DNA of 63,471 nucleotides, counting the filler, from Dugesia japonica (Eukaryota), in assembly GCA_001938525.1 (NCBI GenBank). It is 6 parts of 6 records of this genome, joined end to end, with 100 filler letters (N's around TTAATTAATTAA, not from the genome) between each part and the next. Parts side by side here need not be neighbours in the genome. Positions count along the whole stretch, not along the records: positions 9,178 to 19,787 come from MQRL01554561.1; positions 19,888 to 33,950 come from MQRL01581221.1; 4 more parts are not named here. One strand, written 5' to 3'. Both the position numbers and the translations under genes were made by a program. Below are positions 13,501 through 26,870 of the stretch, piece after piece (the first letter of the stretch is position 1; each line of letters starts with the position of its first letter). Below the pieces are notes generated by a model. That model did no database searches. It had not been told where the DNA came from and saw nothing but the letters and a program-made list of their open reading frames with translations.

Positions 13501-14783
13501 GTTGGCAAGAAAGTAATTGCCGATTTTTTTTAAGTAATAAAAGTCATAAAACAATATGAAACAATATATTTTTATTAAATAATGACTTGTTCATTGTTCT
13601 CAAGGACCTGTTCCCATCTTCCAGGAAGCAAACAAATTCCTCGTTCATAAAATTCCGTGGGTTTATCAGCAAAACATTGCAACAAGTCGGATTTGACATC
13701 GTCATCGTTAGTATAAGTTTTACCATTCAAGACGTTTTAATTAGAACGAAACAAATGGTAATCGAAATTTGCGAGATCAGAGCTGTAAGGTGGATGTGGC
13801 AATACGTCCCAACCAAGGTTCAATAATTTTTGCATAGTGACCAAAATGTGTGTGATTTGGCATTGTCGTGGTGAAAGACTACACCTTGACGGTTCGCCAA
13901 TTTTGGAAGTTTTTCTTGGATTGCCGTGTTCAATTTTGTCAACTGATTAATATAGATTTCAGAATTTATCCTTTGGCTGCCTGACAAAATTTTGAAATAG
14001 ACTATTCTCTGATAATCCCACCATACGTAGAGCATAGCTTTCTTTTGATGCTTATCAACCTTGGCTGACGTCTGCGCTGCTTCTTGTAACGTACACCATG
14101 ATCTTTTCCTATGGACATTGTTGTAGGATATCCATTTTTCATCGTCTGTTACTATTTGTTTCAAAAATGAACATTTGTTGTTGCGTTTCCTAAGCAAATC
14201 ACACATGTCAATACGTTGTTTGAGGTGAATTTCTTTAAGTTGATAAGGAACCCATAAATCGAGTTTTTTAAAGTATTCAATATGCTTGGTACGGCTTTTG
14301 ATGGTGCTATGGGATACGTTGAGCTTACGTTCAATGTCACGCGTTGTACTATGTCGATCCTCGTTAATTAAACTTTTTATTTCATCATCATTCACACCTA
14401 GTAGACGCCCAGCACGTTGCTCATCTTGGAGTGAAAAATCACCGCTGCGGAATTTTTCGAACCAATTCCAACATTGGCGTTCTTTTAAGGCATCTTCACC
14501 ATATACTTGACATATTTTGTTGCATGCCTGTGAAGCATTTCTTCCGTTCTTATAGTAAAATAACAAAATCTGTCGCAAATGCGTTTTCCGATCCTCCATA
14601 CTAAAGCTGATTAATAAAAGAATATATAAAGCAATTTATAAAATTAGCTTACTGATTCAAATTTGAATCCATAGATTATCTATTATTATTATATAAACAC
14701 TGATTACTTTATTTTTAATGAAGTTAAATTGAATTAAAAATGTCTTTATGTAAAATCGGCAATTACTTTCTTGACAACCCAAT
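13501..14783 (-). mobile_element. Near full-length mariner transposon (mellifera subfamily), frameshifted transposase 14599..13575
   Basis: TIRs gttggcaagaaagtaattgccgatttt (13501-13527) and aaaatcggcaattactttcttgacaacccaata (14752-14783); WVPYQL, TDDEKW, HHDNA, then shifted frame LGWDVLPHPPYSSDLANFDYHLF (DD34D). Confidence 0.93.
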
Positions 14784-17099
14784 AATAATAAAATCCGCAT
14801 TTTGCACGATAGCAAATTTATAAATACGATTTCTTTGGCCTACGGTTTATCAGGCTTTTATACCCACTCCTGGACTGCAAACCAGAAAAGACGACAATTG
14901 GAAACCATCATCCTCTTTCATTCCCAATCGTGTGGAGCTCTCATAAGACTTCCTTAGCAACTCGTCACCTTTATTTATCCAGTATTATTCAAAAAAACTT
15001 TACTTTACGGTTATTATCTTTATCTTTACTTATCTTTAAGGTTATTAAATATTATTTATTAAATTTAAAAATGATTTCTCTTTAATAAAAATTATTAAAG
15101 AAATACGATTACTTAATATTTTCGACGAATTTACAGATTGCTTAAATTAAATTTAATGCAATCGGACTAAGACAACAGAACAATGGAATAAAAATAGCAT
15201 ATGAACAGAAGACAATTGGGTCATCAAGCTCCCGTGTATATTGGTCACTACTCTAACTCATTTTATTCGCGAATACCATCATTACAATATTTGCATTTCC
15301 CTTTTACTTTAACTCGTTCGTTGAAACTCATTTTCTTTTATTTCATTTTCTCAAAATTATTTCATCGAAAAACTCATCTTTATTTCGACTGCTTAGATTT
15401 ATCTCATTTAAAAACCCATTTTTTATTTCGTTTTTCATGTTGATCTAGCTCAACTTCATATTGTTTTCAGGCTTTCAGATCAATTTAATATCATTTTTAT
15501 TCGGGTTATAAACTGTTTATTTTCATCTCTTTCTTTTAAATTGATCTCATTTACATTTAAATTTGTATCTCATTTAACATTTCCGTCTCTGTTTTTCAAA
15601 TTAATCTCATCAACAATTTTATCCTCGGGAGCGCGACTGTCCAATCTCTAAGGGTATACTCGGATCAACATAATTGTTATTTCAAATTATTATTAAGTAA
15701 CAATATAAAAATTGACTTTTTCAAATATCTTAGGTTTCTCCATAGGTTGAAATTGTGACAGTAATAAATGATAATTAAATTTTGACCGTGACGAAAATTT
15801 TTTAACTTAGTTGCAAAATGGTTTTTTAAAATTAAATGTAAAAAATTGTTTTTTTAAAATGTGTGTTTATTTTTCTGGTGCATGCGTTCTTATTTTGTTT
15901 TTTGCTACTACGACAATAAGACTGCTCATTAGCCAACCAATCATCATCGGGTATTTTAGAATCCGGACGTCTGGTTGGATGACACCCTACCATTACTTGG
16001 TGTGCACCTCTATTCTCTTTCCGGCTTTCTCATTTTTGAACACACAAACTCGTCAGTGTTTGTCACCTCATATGATCTCTGGCTAGTTTTAGTTTATTGC
16101 TATGATAAGTCTTGGTCTGACTTCAAGTGACCAACTTATTTTGTTTCTTATTTCGAATTTCATTGACATCAAGCAGATAAAGCACTGGTAACTAGACCAG
16201 ACTAATTATTAAATAATAATATCAAACGCTAATTAGCGTTATTATTTTTAGGTGAGTTTGCCACCATGTTTGTTGGGTTGTGAAAACTCATCGAATCATT
16301 AACATCAGAATTAAACTCCATAAATTTATTAATATAAAAAACTATAACATCATTATTTGGTTAATCAAACAAATTAAAATCCATGCTCCAATTGGGAATT
16401 TATTTCTAATAAATTTTAAATTTTAAATTAAAACTTTATTTAAAATACTTTGAAAATTTAAGCAAATAATTATCGGTTATCGAAATTTTAATTAAAAAAA
16501 CTTTCACAAAATTTTTAAACAAAGTATCATTTGCTACTAAAATATTTAATTTTTACTTTTAAAAATTTTTAAACTATATAAATATTTTTAAATACAAAAA
16601 TATTTGCATTAATCTTCAACTACACATAATTTTCTTAATTTTTTCGTAATAATTTATTTTATTTAAATTTCTTAATTAATTTGTGACTTACAATTTATCA
16701 AATAAGAGATTTTTAAAAAAAAATAATTCCTAATCAAAGCACAAAAATTTCGACTCGCTTTAAAACAACAATTATAATAAAGAAAAACGGGTCGTAGAGA
16801 CTCTTCTAATATATTAATAAAGTGGTTTATATTATTTCTTTAAACAAAATTTATTTTCAGCCTCCAAATTAGAGTTCTCTACGCCCAATTTTCATTTTTC
16901 TGCATTCTTACAATAATTCCATGATATTTATAATAATAATAATTACATAATAATGATAATTATTATAATATTTTTTATCATTTTTTCAACAGATTTCTTT
17001 TATTATTATTTCTCTTTCGTAACTTCCGCAATTTGTCGTTTTTTTCTTTCTTTTCTGTAATAAAACCATTTTAATTGTTTATTATTTTCTATGGGCTGC

Positions 17100-17400
17100 T
17101 GTGTTCTAGCCCTAGCATTTTGTTGGTTTTTTATCTGGGCAAACTCGACTTATATGTCCTTTTTTATGACAAGTTTAACATTCTACTACTTGTTTTGTTG
17201 GATAATTCGCTTTAGTACATCTGATCTAATGGCATGGCTAACATTTAATATTTTGTTTTTCCTTTATTTGATCTGCAATCCTACTCACTGTATGATTTAC
17301 AGGTTTCTGATAATTTCGACTAGTAACTCTCGCGTAACTTCTAACTGCATCAACTTGATCTATGTTTTTCTCTACTCGATCTAATCATATCGATGTTATT
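17100..17400 (-). pseudogene. Retrotransposon gag zinc-knuckle remnant
   Basis: Manual translation ...KC*PCH...EC*TCHKKGHISRVCPD (CCHC). Confidence 0.55.
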
Positions 17401-18767
17401 TTAATTTCTTCTATATTCTGTTGTTTCCGTAAAGTCATTTCTTCTTCAGCTTTTTGTTATCTGATTATGATAATTTATTTTCGAAATAAGAACAATTAAC
17501 TTCACACATTTTTATTACAAAAACACGATGGAAATATATTATAAACTTTTTTTAATTATAATTTATTTTGTTCATATACAAATTAATAACTAAATTTTAA
17601 GAACCATTTTAAAATCTTCGGCAAATAAAAACAATGCCCATTGTAAAATATATTAGTTTGGTTTAAAAATTTAAGAATAATAATAAATATAATAATAATA
17701 GTAATAATAATAATAAAAATAATAATAATAATGAACAATATTTTATTATTTCATAATAAAATATTTGTATTATTATTTTCCATTACTCCTTGAACCCATA
17801 AAGCATGCCAATAAAAGTTCTCGCGACGGATCTCTCCGTCACATGTTCATCAAATAACGAATAGGTCATGGAATTGAAGATAAAATTGGTGTGTTATGAT
17901 AATTTATTATTTCTCGTTGTCTACTAGCTGTCACATTAATCACTTCGATATTCATATGCAGCAGTTCTGTGATAATCATTCAGTTGGCCTGTTTGACGAT
18001 ATCGGTGAACAACATTGGCAGACTTAACATTCTTAGAAGTTATGCATGTGATTTATGCTTCAACTCCATGCCATATTCTTGTAATAACAATATTCAGTGT
18101 TAAAATTCGTGATTTGCTTAACTCTATTTTTTACAAATAAATTATTTCATTATAAGAATGAAAATATTTAATGAAGATTTTAATAGAATAATTATATTTC
18201 GTTGAGATCGACTACATATCATCTTACTTGGTCAACTGACAGTTTCATGTAACAATTATTTCTTGTATTTGGTCTAATTAGTTGGACTGGGATTTCATTG
18301 GACAATTTTTCAATAACAAATTTTCCCGTCGTACTTTTTTTTAAGAGGAAATATTTTTGGAGTTACATAATTATTTAACATGTAACAGGTTAGCAGGTTT
18401 TGTAAAAATTAATTTAATTATTATGAAGATCTCGATCCAGTTCATTGTTGATCTGAGTAATTTAGATCTATTTTATGAAAAGAATTTACATCATACACAG
18501 ACTCACTCGTTCATCTTGAATCTACAAGTTATTTGTATTTTGATTTTGAATTGTTTGCTCATATTCTCATAGGATTTTGATTTAAAGAAATTGTTTGATT
18601 GAAATACTTCACAAGATTCTCCTGTGTTCAAAAAGCAATTTGAAACTAGTACGGAAGCTCTAGTCAAAAGACTCTTTTCTCGTATGTTGGTCGAACCTTA
18701 ATATTTCAATTTGATATGTCTACCTTTGATTTATAGTTTATTTGTTTATACTCATCAATATTTTAAA

Positions 18768-18998
18768 ATGAGTAAGTTATTTGAACAAAGAATTTGTATT
18801 ACATTTTATGTAAAAAATTAAATTAATATTACAGAAACGCTTAAAATGATATAGAAAGCATGCGGTGATCAATCACTATCAAGAAAAATTGTATTCAATT
18901 AACTTGTCTTGCAAAAGAGCTTCGTAAATCAATACAAGATGCCCATCGTTCTGATCATTTATCAGCATTAATAATTGAAGAAAATGTCAAATCAAAGA
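18768..18998 (+). pseudogene. Mariner transposase N-terminal HTH fragment
   Basis: MSKLFEQRICITFYVKN...ETLKMI*KACGDQSLSRKIVF...DAHRS...EENVK, truncated at AGTAG 18999. Confidence 0.7.
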
Positions 18999-19370
18999 AG
19001 TAGATAGTTACTGACACATAACACCAGCCACCGTTGCCGACAAAGTGGTATTAAATTTTGGTGTTGGTTTTAGTGTTGAATTTAGTATTGACATTTTGAT
19101 TGGTCGATAAATTAGGGTAGAACTGGTTTTGGTTTACAGATTTTATTGATCAAAAATATTGGTGGGAAAGTAGATAGATAAGAGGACACCAGAACAAAGT
19201 AGGTCGAAGGGGGGTCTGCCGTTGCCATGGCAACCAATGTAGGTCAAGGTCGTTGCAATGGCAATCGCCTTAGAAACAGTATCGAGGTTACCATGGCAAC
19301 TGTCCTTAGCAACGGAAACTAGGTCAATGTCGTTTCTAAAAAGTAGGTCAAGGTCATTGATTACCATAAA
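18999..19370 (+). mobile_element. Putative Polinton terminal region with clustered X-box and AGGTCA motifs
   Basis: Starts AGTAGATAG; GTTGCCATGGCAAC (19221) and GTTACCATGGCAAC (19287); repeated TAGGTCA(AGGTCA). Confidence 0.45.
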
Positions 19371-21777
19371 TTGTTTTGAACTTTAATTAATTTCAATTTA
19401 AAGAGATTTCACTGCTTCACAGGAGTTCTCGAGACTCCGTCAATGACAAATCTCAAATTTTAAAGCGAAAAACTTGTTACCCCTCATAGATAAAACTGAG
19501 AAGAAGAACAGTTCTTACACCTTCTATTATAGCTAGACAGCTATAACAGATTAATTATTTTTACAATTGAAGATGATTAGATATATTTGTAAATTCTTTG
19601 ACTAAATATACATACTTGCATGAAAAAACGATTACCACTGAAAATAAATTTTTTTTTCTCTAATGTTATCAAGTTCAATGAAAAATTTAATTTTTCCATA
19701 ATTTCATTGAAACAAAAATAAAATTTCTCCGAGAAACTTTAGAAACTTGATTGTCACATTGAATGTTAAAAATAAAATATTCTATACNNNNNNNNNNNNN
19801 NNNNNNNNNNNNNNNNNNNNNNNNNNNNNNNTTAATTAATTAANNNNNNNNNNNNNNNNNNNNNNNNNNNNNNNNNNNNNNNNNNNNACTTTTGGTCCAG
19901 TCATCTTGCCTTGTCTGAATCAGGTGATAAGAGTTACAAAATAAACAACAAAAACTCTTATACGTCGGAAGTCAGACAAGGACTTTGCCTAGAAACTGAC
20001 GGAGTCATCAGAGGTCACATGAGATGACGGTCGAAATTAATCAAAATCTGAAAAGTCCAAGTTCGTGTGCAGAAACACTGAGGTATGCACACCNNNNNNN
20101 NNNNNNNNNNNNNNNNNNNNNNNNNNNNNNNNNNNNNNNNNNNNNNNNTATTCGCAGGCTAATCGAGAGCCAAACAATCTCTCTATCCAAGGTGGAATAA
20201 AACGGGTTCACACGAAGAAATCAGACAGTGTTAAAAACAAAATTTTCTTTGTTAATTTTGTCATAGCTAACATATTTTACGAATCAACTCAGTAAATTAA
20301 ATTTGTTAAAATCTACTACTTGTGGTTGAATATTATTTTTCTCAACATTGGATCCTTTGATTCCGGAACGAATAAAAGTAAATTCTATTATTCATTAATA
20401 TTTTTTATCCCATTTTAAAATTTATGTGTATGAGTGCCATTCCCCCAAACTTGAGTTTCCCAGGATGGATCCAGCTCCTGATGCATTCCGACCATTGGTT
20501 AATGTACAAGTGTTATGAGTATCTACACATTCGCANGCAGCCTGAGTTGAAAAACATGAGAGTCATCATGAGGGAAAATATGAAAAATGAATCTGGTAGA
20601 ATTACCCTCAAATTATGAGTTGGCAAGGATATGGAGTTTCATCGATCTCTGGAGCAACCGTTTGATTATTTGATTTTAAAAAATGTGTTGAGTTTTGATT
20701 CATGGGAAGTTATCNNNNNNNNNNNNNNNNNNNNNNNNNNNNNNNNNNNNNNNNNNNNNNNNNNAAAAACATGAGAGTCATCATGAGGGAAAATATGAAA
20801 AATGAATCTGGTAGAATTACCCTCAAATTATGAGTTGGGAAGGATCGGGAGTTTGATCGATCTCTGGAGCAACCGTTTGATTATTTGATTTTAAAAAACG
20901 TGTTGAGTTTTGATTCATGGGAAGTTATCGGGTCTATTTGCGTTTTTGTCGCTAAGCATTTTGTTTTTATTTATTTTTGTTATTGTCAAGCTACTTAATC
21001 TTTATGAAATTATTGTAACAAAGTAATTTTTAGTTGATTTGCCGATTTATTCATTGTTTATTTGATAATTAAGCATATTTTCTCTAATTATTCCTTATTG
21101 CATTTTAATTAAATTATTCCACATTTAAAGGGTATGAATGAATAATGCTAAAGTTAATCGCCGTTAGACGGTTGTAAGATTTGATGAAGCAAGTAATGAT
21201 AATAATAATATAATAATTTGCTTATAATTGTATTCATTTTGTTTATTCCATTTAGGTAATAATCTGAAATCATGTAAAGTATTATTTTAAAGAATAATTA
21301 TTTAACCTTAAATTTCAATAATTAATCTGACTAAATTGTTTTACATTAGTCGTTAATAATGAATACGAAAAATCCATTCTAGCATAAGGCGATGATGGGA
21401 ACGAGAAAAGATGCGTGATTAAATTCTCATCTTTCCTGGTTCGCGTCATATAACATTGGAAGCGAAATGTTAGGCCGTAGGCCGAAGAAAATTATTCTAN
21501 NNNNNNNNNNNNNNNNNNNNNNNNNNNNNNNNNNNNNNNNNNNNNNNNNTCGTTAATAATGAATACGAAAAATCCATTCTAGCATAAGCAGATGACGGGA
21601 ACGAGAAAAGATGCGTGATTAAAATCTTATCTTTCCTGGTTCGTGTCATATAACATTGGAAGCGAAATGTTAGGCCGTAGGCCGAAGAAAATTATTCTAA
21701 AATTAAAACACGATGATTGTGTCAACTTAATGTTCGTGTCATTTCACTACTTTATTTAATTGTTTCTGATTTCTTAG

Positions 21778-22185
21778 ATGGCTAAAAGTAGGCGAAATCT
21801 CAAAAGACCTCGTTATATCTGGCCCTACATTGATGAGGTAGGCCGATATTATATTGAGAGGGACGAAGTGCGGACAATGATAAGAACGGAGACAGAGAGG
21901 CATCATCATGAAATCAAGAACCTCGAAGCGAACAACGAGTCGGCCCGGTTACAACTGGCGGTCAAAAGTAATAGGATAAAAGCGTTAAAGTGCCAATTGG
22001 AACGAACCCGAGCGTCACTACAGAACCAGATAAAGCAACTCCAGGAGGAGCTATCTGGCCCTTCGCCGAAGATCGTCCAGGTTTTTTCGCTTAGTAGTGC
22101 TGCAGATGCGAACGACGAGATTGAGGAACGAGAAATAATCCGGAACCTGATGGATCAGGGCAATCCGAATGTACATAAAATTTAG
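21778..22185 (+). CDS. Coiled-coil protein of unknown function (probable retroelement accessory exon)
   Basis: 135-aa intact, GC-richer ORF preceded by a ttcttag acceptor-like site. Confidence 0.45.
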   Translation: MAKSRRNLKRPRYIWPYIDEVGRYYIERDEVRTMIRTETERHHHEIKNLEANNESARLQLAVKSNRIKALKCQLERTRASLQNQIKQLQEELSGPSPKIVQVFSLSSAADANDEIEEREIIRNLMDQGNPNVHKI

Positions 22186-22732
22186 TCATAATAAAAGTTT
22201 TCAGTGTAATTTTTGAATGGCAAAGTTCGCATTAATTGTCTTGATGATCATATGACTTAGAAAGTGTGATTTGTAAGTCACAAGTAAAGTAAAGATACTG
22301 TAAAGGCAGTAGTGTTGTCATCGAGATTCATCGTTAAAAAAATTTTTTAATTATTCTTATTTGTTTGTGTTGCAATATTTGAGCGTTCTAATTTTGTTTT
22401 CGAGATCAAAACTTGAAAATTACTGATAAATGTTGTTTTCAAGAAGTAATATGATTATGTGTGGGGTAGATGATGATAACCAGGAGAAAGATATTAAATC
22501 ATGTATTTAGGTGATTCTACTATGCGTGTGTTCTTTCTTAAATTTCAGTCGAGTATAGGTTTAGCTATAATATTGGTATTATTTATCTAATTAAATCGAT
22601 TGCAGTGTCAAACATTTTCTTAATTCTCATTATAATTTAGTGGATAAAACAACGGAAAGTAAAATCAATATGAAAGATGTGCTATCAATACAGAAAAAGT
22701 GAAAGGAGGAGCGTCGGCCACAAAGGAACGAG

Positions 22733-22969
22733 TTGTTACAGCTGAAGAGTCAAATCACCAAACATAATGGCAAATATCATCAGCTTAAAGAAAAGGAGCT
22801 AGCGTTACAGCAGGCCAACCGATTAATGGCCGAGGTAATAAAAATATATGGCGACCGCGAGGCGTCGCTATTCAATAATTTGAGGTCACTGTGGCTGCTG
22901 TATCGAGATCCACCAGAAGAGTTAAAAGTGAAGGACACCACAGTAGACCTAGATGTGGATGCATCATGA
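22733..22969 (+). CDS. Short coiled-coil ORF (probable retroelement accessory exon)
   Basis: GC-richer open frame with heptad-like pattern; no recognised family. Confidence 0.35.
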   Translation: MLQLKSQITKHNGKYHQLKEKELALQQANRLMAEVIKIYGDREASLFNNLRSLWLLYRDPPEELKVKDTTVDLDVDAS

Positions 22970-25900
22970 ATAAATAGTTATCGTTGTCATATTACTTGGT
23001 ATTCTATTTCTTATCGGTTATGTATGACCAATTTTAATTCTGTCATTATCATAAATAATTACTGAGCAAATAAGCGAGATGTTAGTTTGAATTCATGAAA
23101 GCAATGATAAAATGCGATACCGCAAAGTCGCGCTGAACCTGAGGAAAAGAGGAGCATGTAACAGAGGTGACACAAATGCTTGTGGTTTTTAGGTATGCCC
23201 CTAGACGACCTATCTGTTTACTGAATGAACACTGAAAGTGTAGAGATTTAATANNNNNNNNNNNNNNNNNNNNNNNNNNNNNNNNNNNNNNNNNNNNNNN
23301 NNNNNNNNNNNNNNNNNNNNNNNNNNNNNNNNNNNNNNNNNNNNNNNNNNNNNNNNNNNNNNNNNNNNNNNNNNNNNNNNNNNNNNNNNNNNNNNNNNNN
23401 NNNNNNNNNNNNNNNNNNNNNNNNNNNNNNNNNNNNNATAATGAAACGAGTAGAACCAATTTTATAAATGAATGAAAATGCAAAGTGCGAATTAAATTCG
23501 GAAAACGGTTAACAAATGAATGTTGATGAATTAATGAAATTCGACAATCAAATAAAGGCCGAGGAAAGATCTAATTGTGATATGCATATTTGTACAATCG
23601 GAAATGATAATACGCTGAAATGTTAGAATGGAAAATGATTAATTTTGCCAAAAGTTATTGCTGTAATTGAATAGCATTGACTATTAAAATTATGTTTCAA
23701 ATATGCGGATAAATTTCAGAGATTATGCAGTTAATTTGACGATGAGGATGGCACTCGGATCTTGTAAGATTTATAATTTGATAATATTCTTCATTTGCGC
23801 ATTAATATTTTATTAGTGTTCTTTTAACTGCGCATTAAATTTGATAATTTAATGCCCGATATTTATTGATTATTATTGTTAAGTTATAATCATTACCAGA
23901 ACTACTATAATTGATTTTCAGTAAAGAATTTGGTAAATAAATTGATTAATATTTTAGTAAGAGGCTTTTAGTAAATTTTGTAGTAATATTTCGTAAAATA
24001 GTTGAGTAAATTCTATTTAAAGAGTTTTGTTAGTAAATTTTGTGTAATATTTGAATAACAATTTTAGTGCTTGAATATTTTATTTAGATATTGTTATTAT
24101 TAGATATTTTATTTTTTAATGCTTTTTATAAGATAGATAATTTAATTTTAATTCGTATCAAAACGGTATAAATTAAAGTATTAAAATAAAATCAAAAATG
24201 GAAATGTTTTGATATTTTATTTTTTTATTATAGATAATTTAAAATCGACTCGTAAATATTAATTGTTAAAGTAAAATTAAAGTACAGTAGAAGTATTAAG
24301 TTAGTTTAGTACCTAATATTAATTAATACAGACATGCAGAGGAGTAGGAACATAGCACGCATTCAAATAAACACTGAGGAAAACAATCGATAATACATAC
24401 GAGAACTGCACGCAGAGAAGAGGAACATAACACGATACAAGCAAAACATAACTAGATCTTTACATACGAGTAGTGAAAATTTTAGAGAGGTAATAAAAGA
24501 TTGAGAGACGAATTTGTGCGAGGACGCCGATTTATTAAAAGAGGTGCGTCCGAATTGTTGTATCACGATTTGGCACGGACAGTGAGTCATTGTGTGTGTC
24601 TTTTGGTGATGCTGCAAAGAGGATGATGAACGTCAGCACACATAGTGAGATGTGCAAGCTGTGGAATGACAGGGAGTTCGAAGAGTTAGAATATTTTTCA
24701 TTCGGCAGCGAGAACATTTTACATCAAATATCAGTTAATTTTAACATAAAATGAGCTAAGGATAATAATGCCTGGTGGGTGAGAGTGGGTCATGGGAACT
24801 TGCACACACCGAGTATTGGGATCGACTTATTTTAAACATCGAATGAGTAAATGATAAATAAATGTGTAGAAAGAGGAATGTACCAAGTGATTTGGAAGTG
24901 AAGTGTGTGTGAGAGTGAAATCAGGGCTCACACGCACTGCATCTCCGGATTATGTGATATGCAGCATCAAGCAAATATATAAATAATGAATAAAATGATT
25001 ATTATTAACTAAACTACTGATGAGGAAATGACGATGGAGTGGTTTCGAATGAGCATAGTGGTGCGATTGGAAGGAGAATCTCGCAACTCTTCTCATTTGC
25101 AGTGCCTCAATTCAAGTATCACATATTGAATGAATCGACTAGTAAACAATGATCAGAGCGTGCAATTTGAGTAAAACATCAAAACCAAACTGCTGCCACT
25201 GGTCATGAAATATCTGTTGAGTAATCAGCATGGATTGTAGATAAAAGCGGAGAAAATTAGGTTGACACACCGGTCAGTTGTCTACAAAGATAACAGTAGT
25301 AGAAACTGGATGTGAGTCAACAGAAATTTGGCGTTTATGCATCAAAAGGAGCAGCATTAAAAGTGTATTAATGGTGAGGCAAGTATTAAATAAATTTTAA
25401 CATACATTTAGCAGCAGAAAATCGTAACGAGAAGCGAGTTTGGGGAGAGGGTAAATCAATAACCAGTAATAATATAGTAATAGAGGCGCAATTGAAATTG
25501 ATATGCAGCAATGAATGAGTAAATAAAAGGTAACGAGGCGAGTTATAAATTCTAAATGAGTAGAGATATGGTTAAATGTAAATGAAGCAGGTCGGAATAA
25601 AGTAGAATTGATGATGACGATAACTCAAAGGTAAATGAGCAACAAAGCGAGAACTAATGAGATTANNNNNNNNNNNNNNNNNNNNNNNNNNNNNNNNNNN
25701 NNNNNNNNNNNNNNNNNNNNNNNNNNNNNNNNNNNNNNNNNNNNNNNNNNNNNNNNNNNNNNNNNNNNNNNNNNNNNNNNNNNNNNNNNNNNNNNNNNNN
25801 NNNNNNNNNNNNNNNNNNNNNNNNNNNNNNNNNNNNNNNNNNNNNNNNNNNNNNNNNNNNNNNNNNNNNNNNNNNNNNNNNNNNNNNNNNNNNNNNNNNN

Positions 25901-26470
25901 NNNNNNNNNNNTTATTGATGAATAATGAATAATTTGAATAGTAATGATATTGTACCGATAATGGAGTAACAATAACTGAAAGTAATGAGATTAAAAGATG
26001 ATGGTTAAATGATTTTGAGACGTGAGATTGATGAGAAACTGATATAATTTACGGAGAAGAGGAGGCGACAAATGAGCTGAAAAAATTAAATGTGGTTAAT
26101 CAATGAAATCTATTTCGAGGAGAAATTGCTATGCCTTATCAAGAAGTGCAGGAGGGGTATCAGACAGTCAACACAGGGAGGCCACCCAGGTGAGTGGTAA
26201 CCGAGAACTTGATTGACAAAGGAATGGAGATGGAGACGAGGTGTAACAGTGGCGTTCTATGGTTACGGAGTCATATGAAACAATAATCAAGTATTTTGAA
26301 TATTATTGGAATTAAATGTTCAAGAGTGAAGTGATATTAGCTGTGATTAAATTGAGGGTTTCATGTGAGATAAGTAATTTTGAATTTAGAATTGAATAGG
26401 GTTGGAGATTTTATTGTGGTGATGTGGAGAGAGACAATTTCCAGCGTAACCATAGATATGTGATATATTA

Positions 26471-26870
26471 AATGTAGCAGAAGTTGGTATCTACAAATTG
26501 GAGGATCTGGAGAAGGCCAGAGAGCANNTGTTATTTCCGGTCAAACGAATTCAAATTTTATTTAATATTGTGTATGTTGCTGGAGGGGCATTTACGTCAG
26601 AGGGCAGACCGAATTATGAATTATTATTATCACCAGATCATTTTTAACAAGCAACAGCAAATGTAATGAAAAAAACGTTTTCGGACAAGAAATGGCAGGA
26701 TTATTGGGAATAATCTTCATACTGCAAATAATCAAAGTATTACTGACTCAATTATTAGCGTGTTTCGATTTATACAAAAAGGAAAGGAAAATGTCTTGGA
26801 CAATGATTATGGGATTATTCCCAGCGTGGGCTAAATTAGTAGTACTAAATAGTCATTCAAATGAATTGCA
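26471..26870 (+). pseudogene. env: Chuvirus-like glycoprotein (env) C-terminal ectodomain and TM region
   Basis: Manual translation NVAEVGIYKLEDLEKARExxLFPVKRIQILFNIV...FGQEMAGLLGIIFILQIIKVLL...SWTMIMGLFPAWAKLVVL parallels the chuvirus G pattern LAxSGIYxxxDxxxLRxxIMFP...FGxxxAGxxGIxxIxRxxK...W. Confidence 0.7.

Noticed and set aside
13544-14510. Short ORFs 13544..13726, 13587..13826 and 14286..14510
   Set aside because: Off-frame or antisense shadows of the mariner transposase.
16788-16886. Imperfect ~19-bp inverted repeat (ggtcgtagagactcttctaat / attagagttctctacgccc)
   Set aside because: Short, single occurrence, no TSD; cannot be assigned.
20548-21700. Direct repeats 20548-20714/20765-20928 and 21350-21499/21550-21700 as LTRs
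   Set aside because: Each pair straddles a ~50-N gap; most likely haplotype or overlap assembly artefacts (same pattern at 7861/8154 and 53148/54037).
24480-24980. Possible BIR or nuclease domain in the Cys/His-containing decayed frame
   Set aside because: Manual translation gave no convincing motif spacing.
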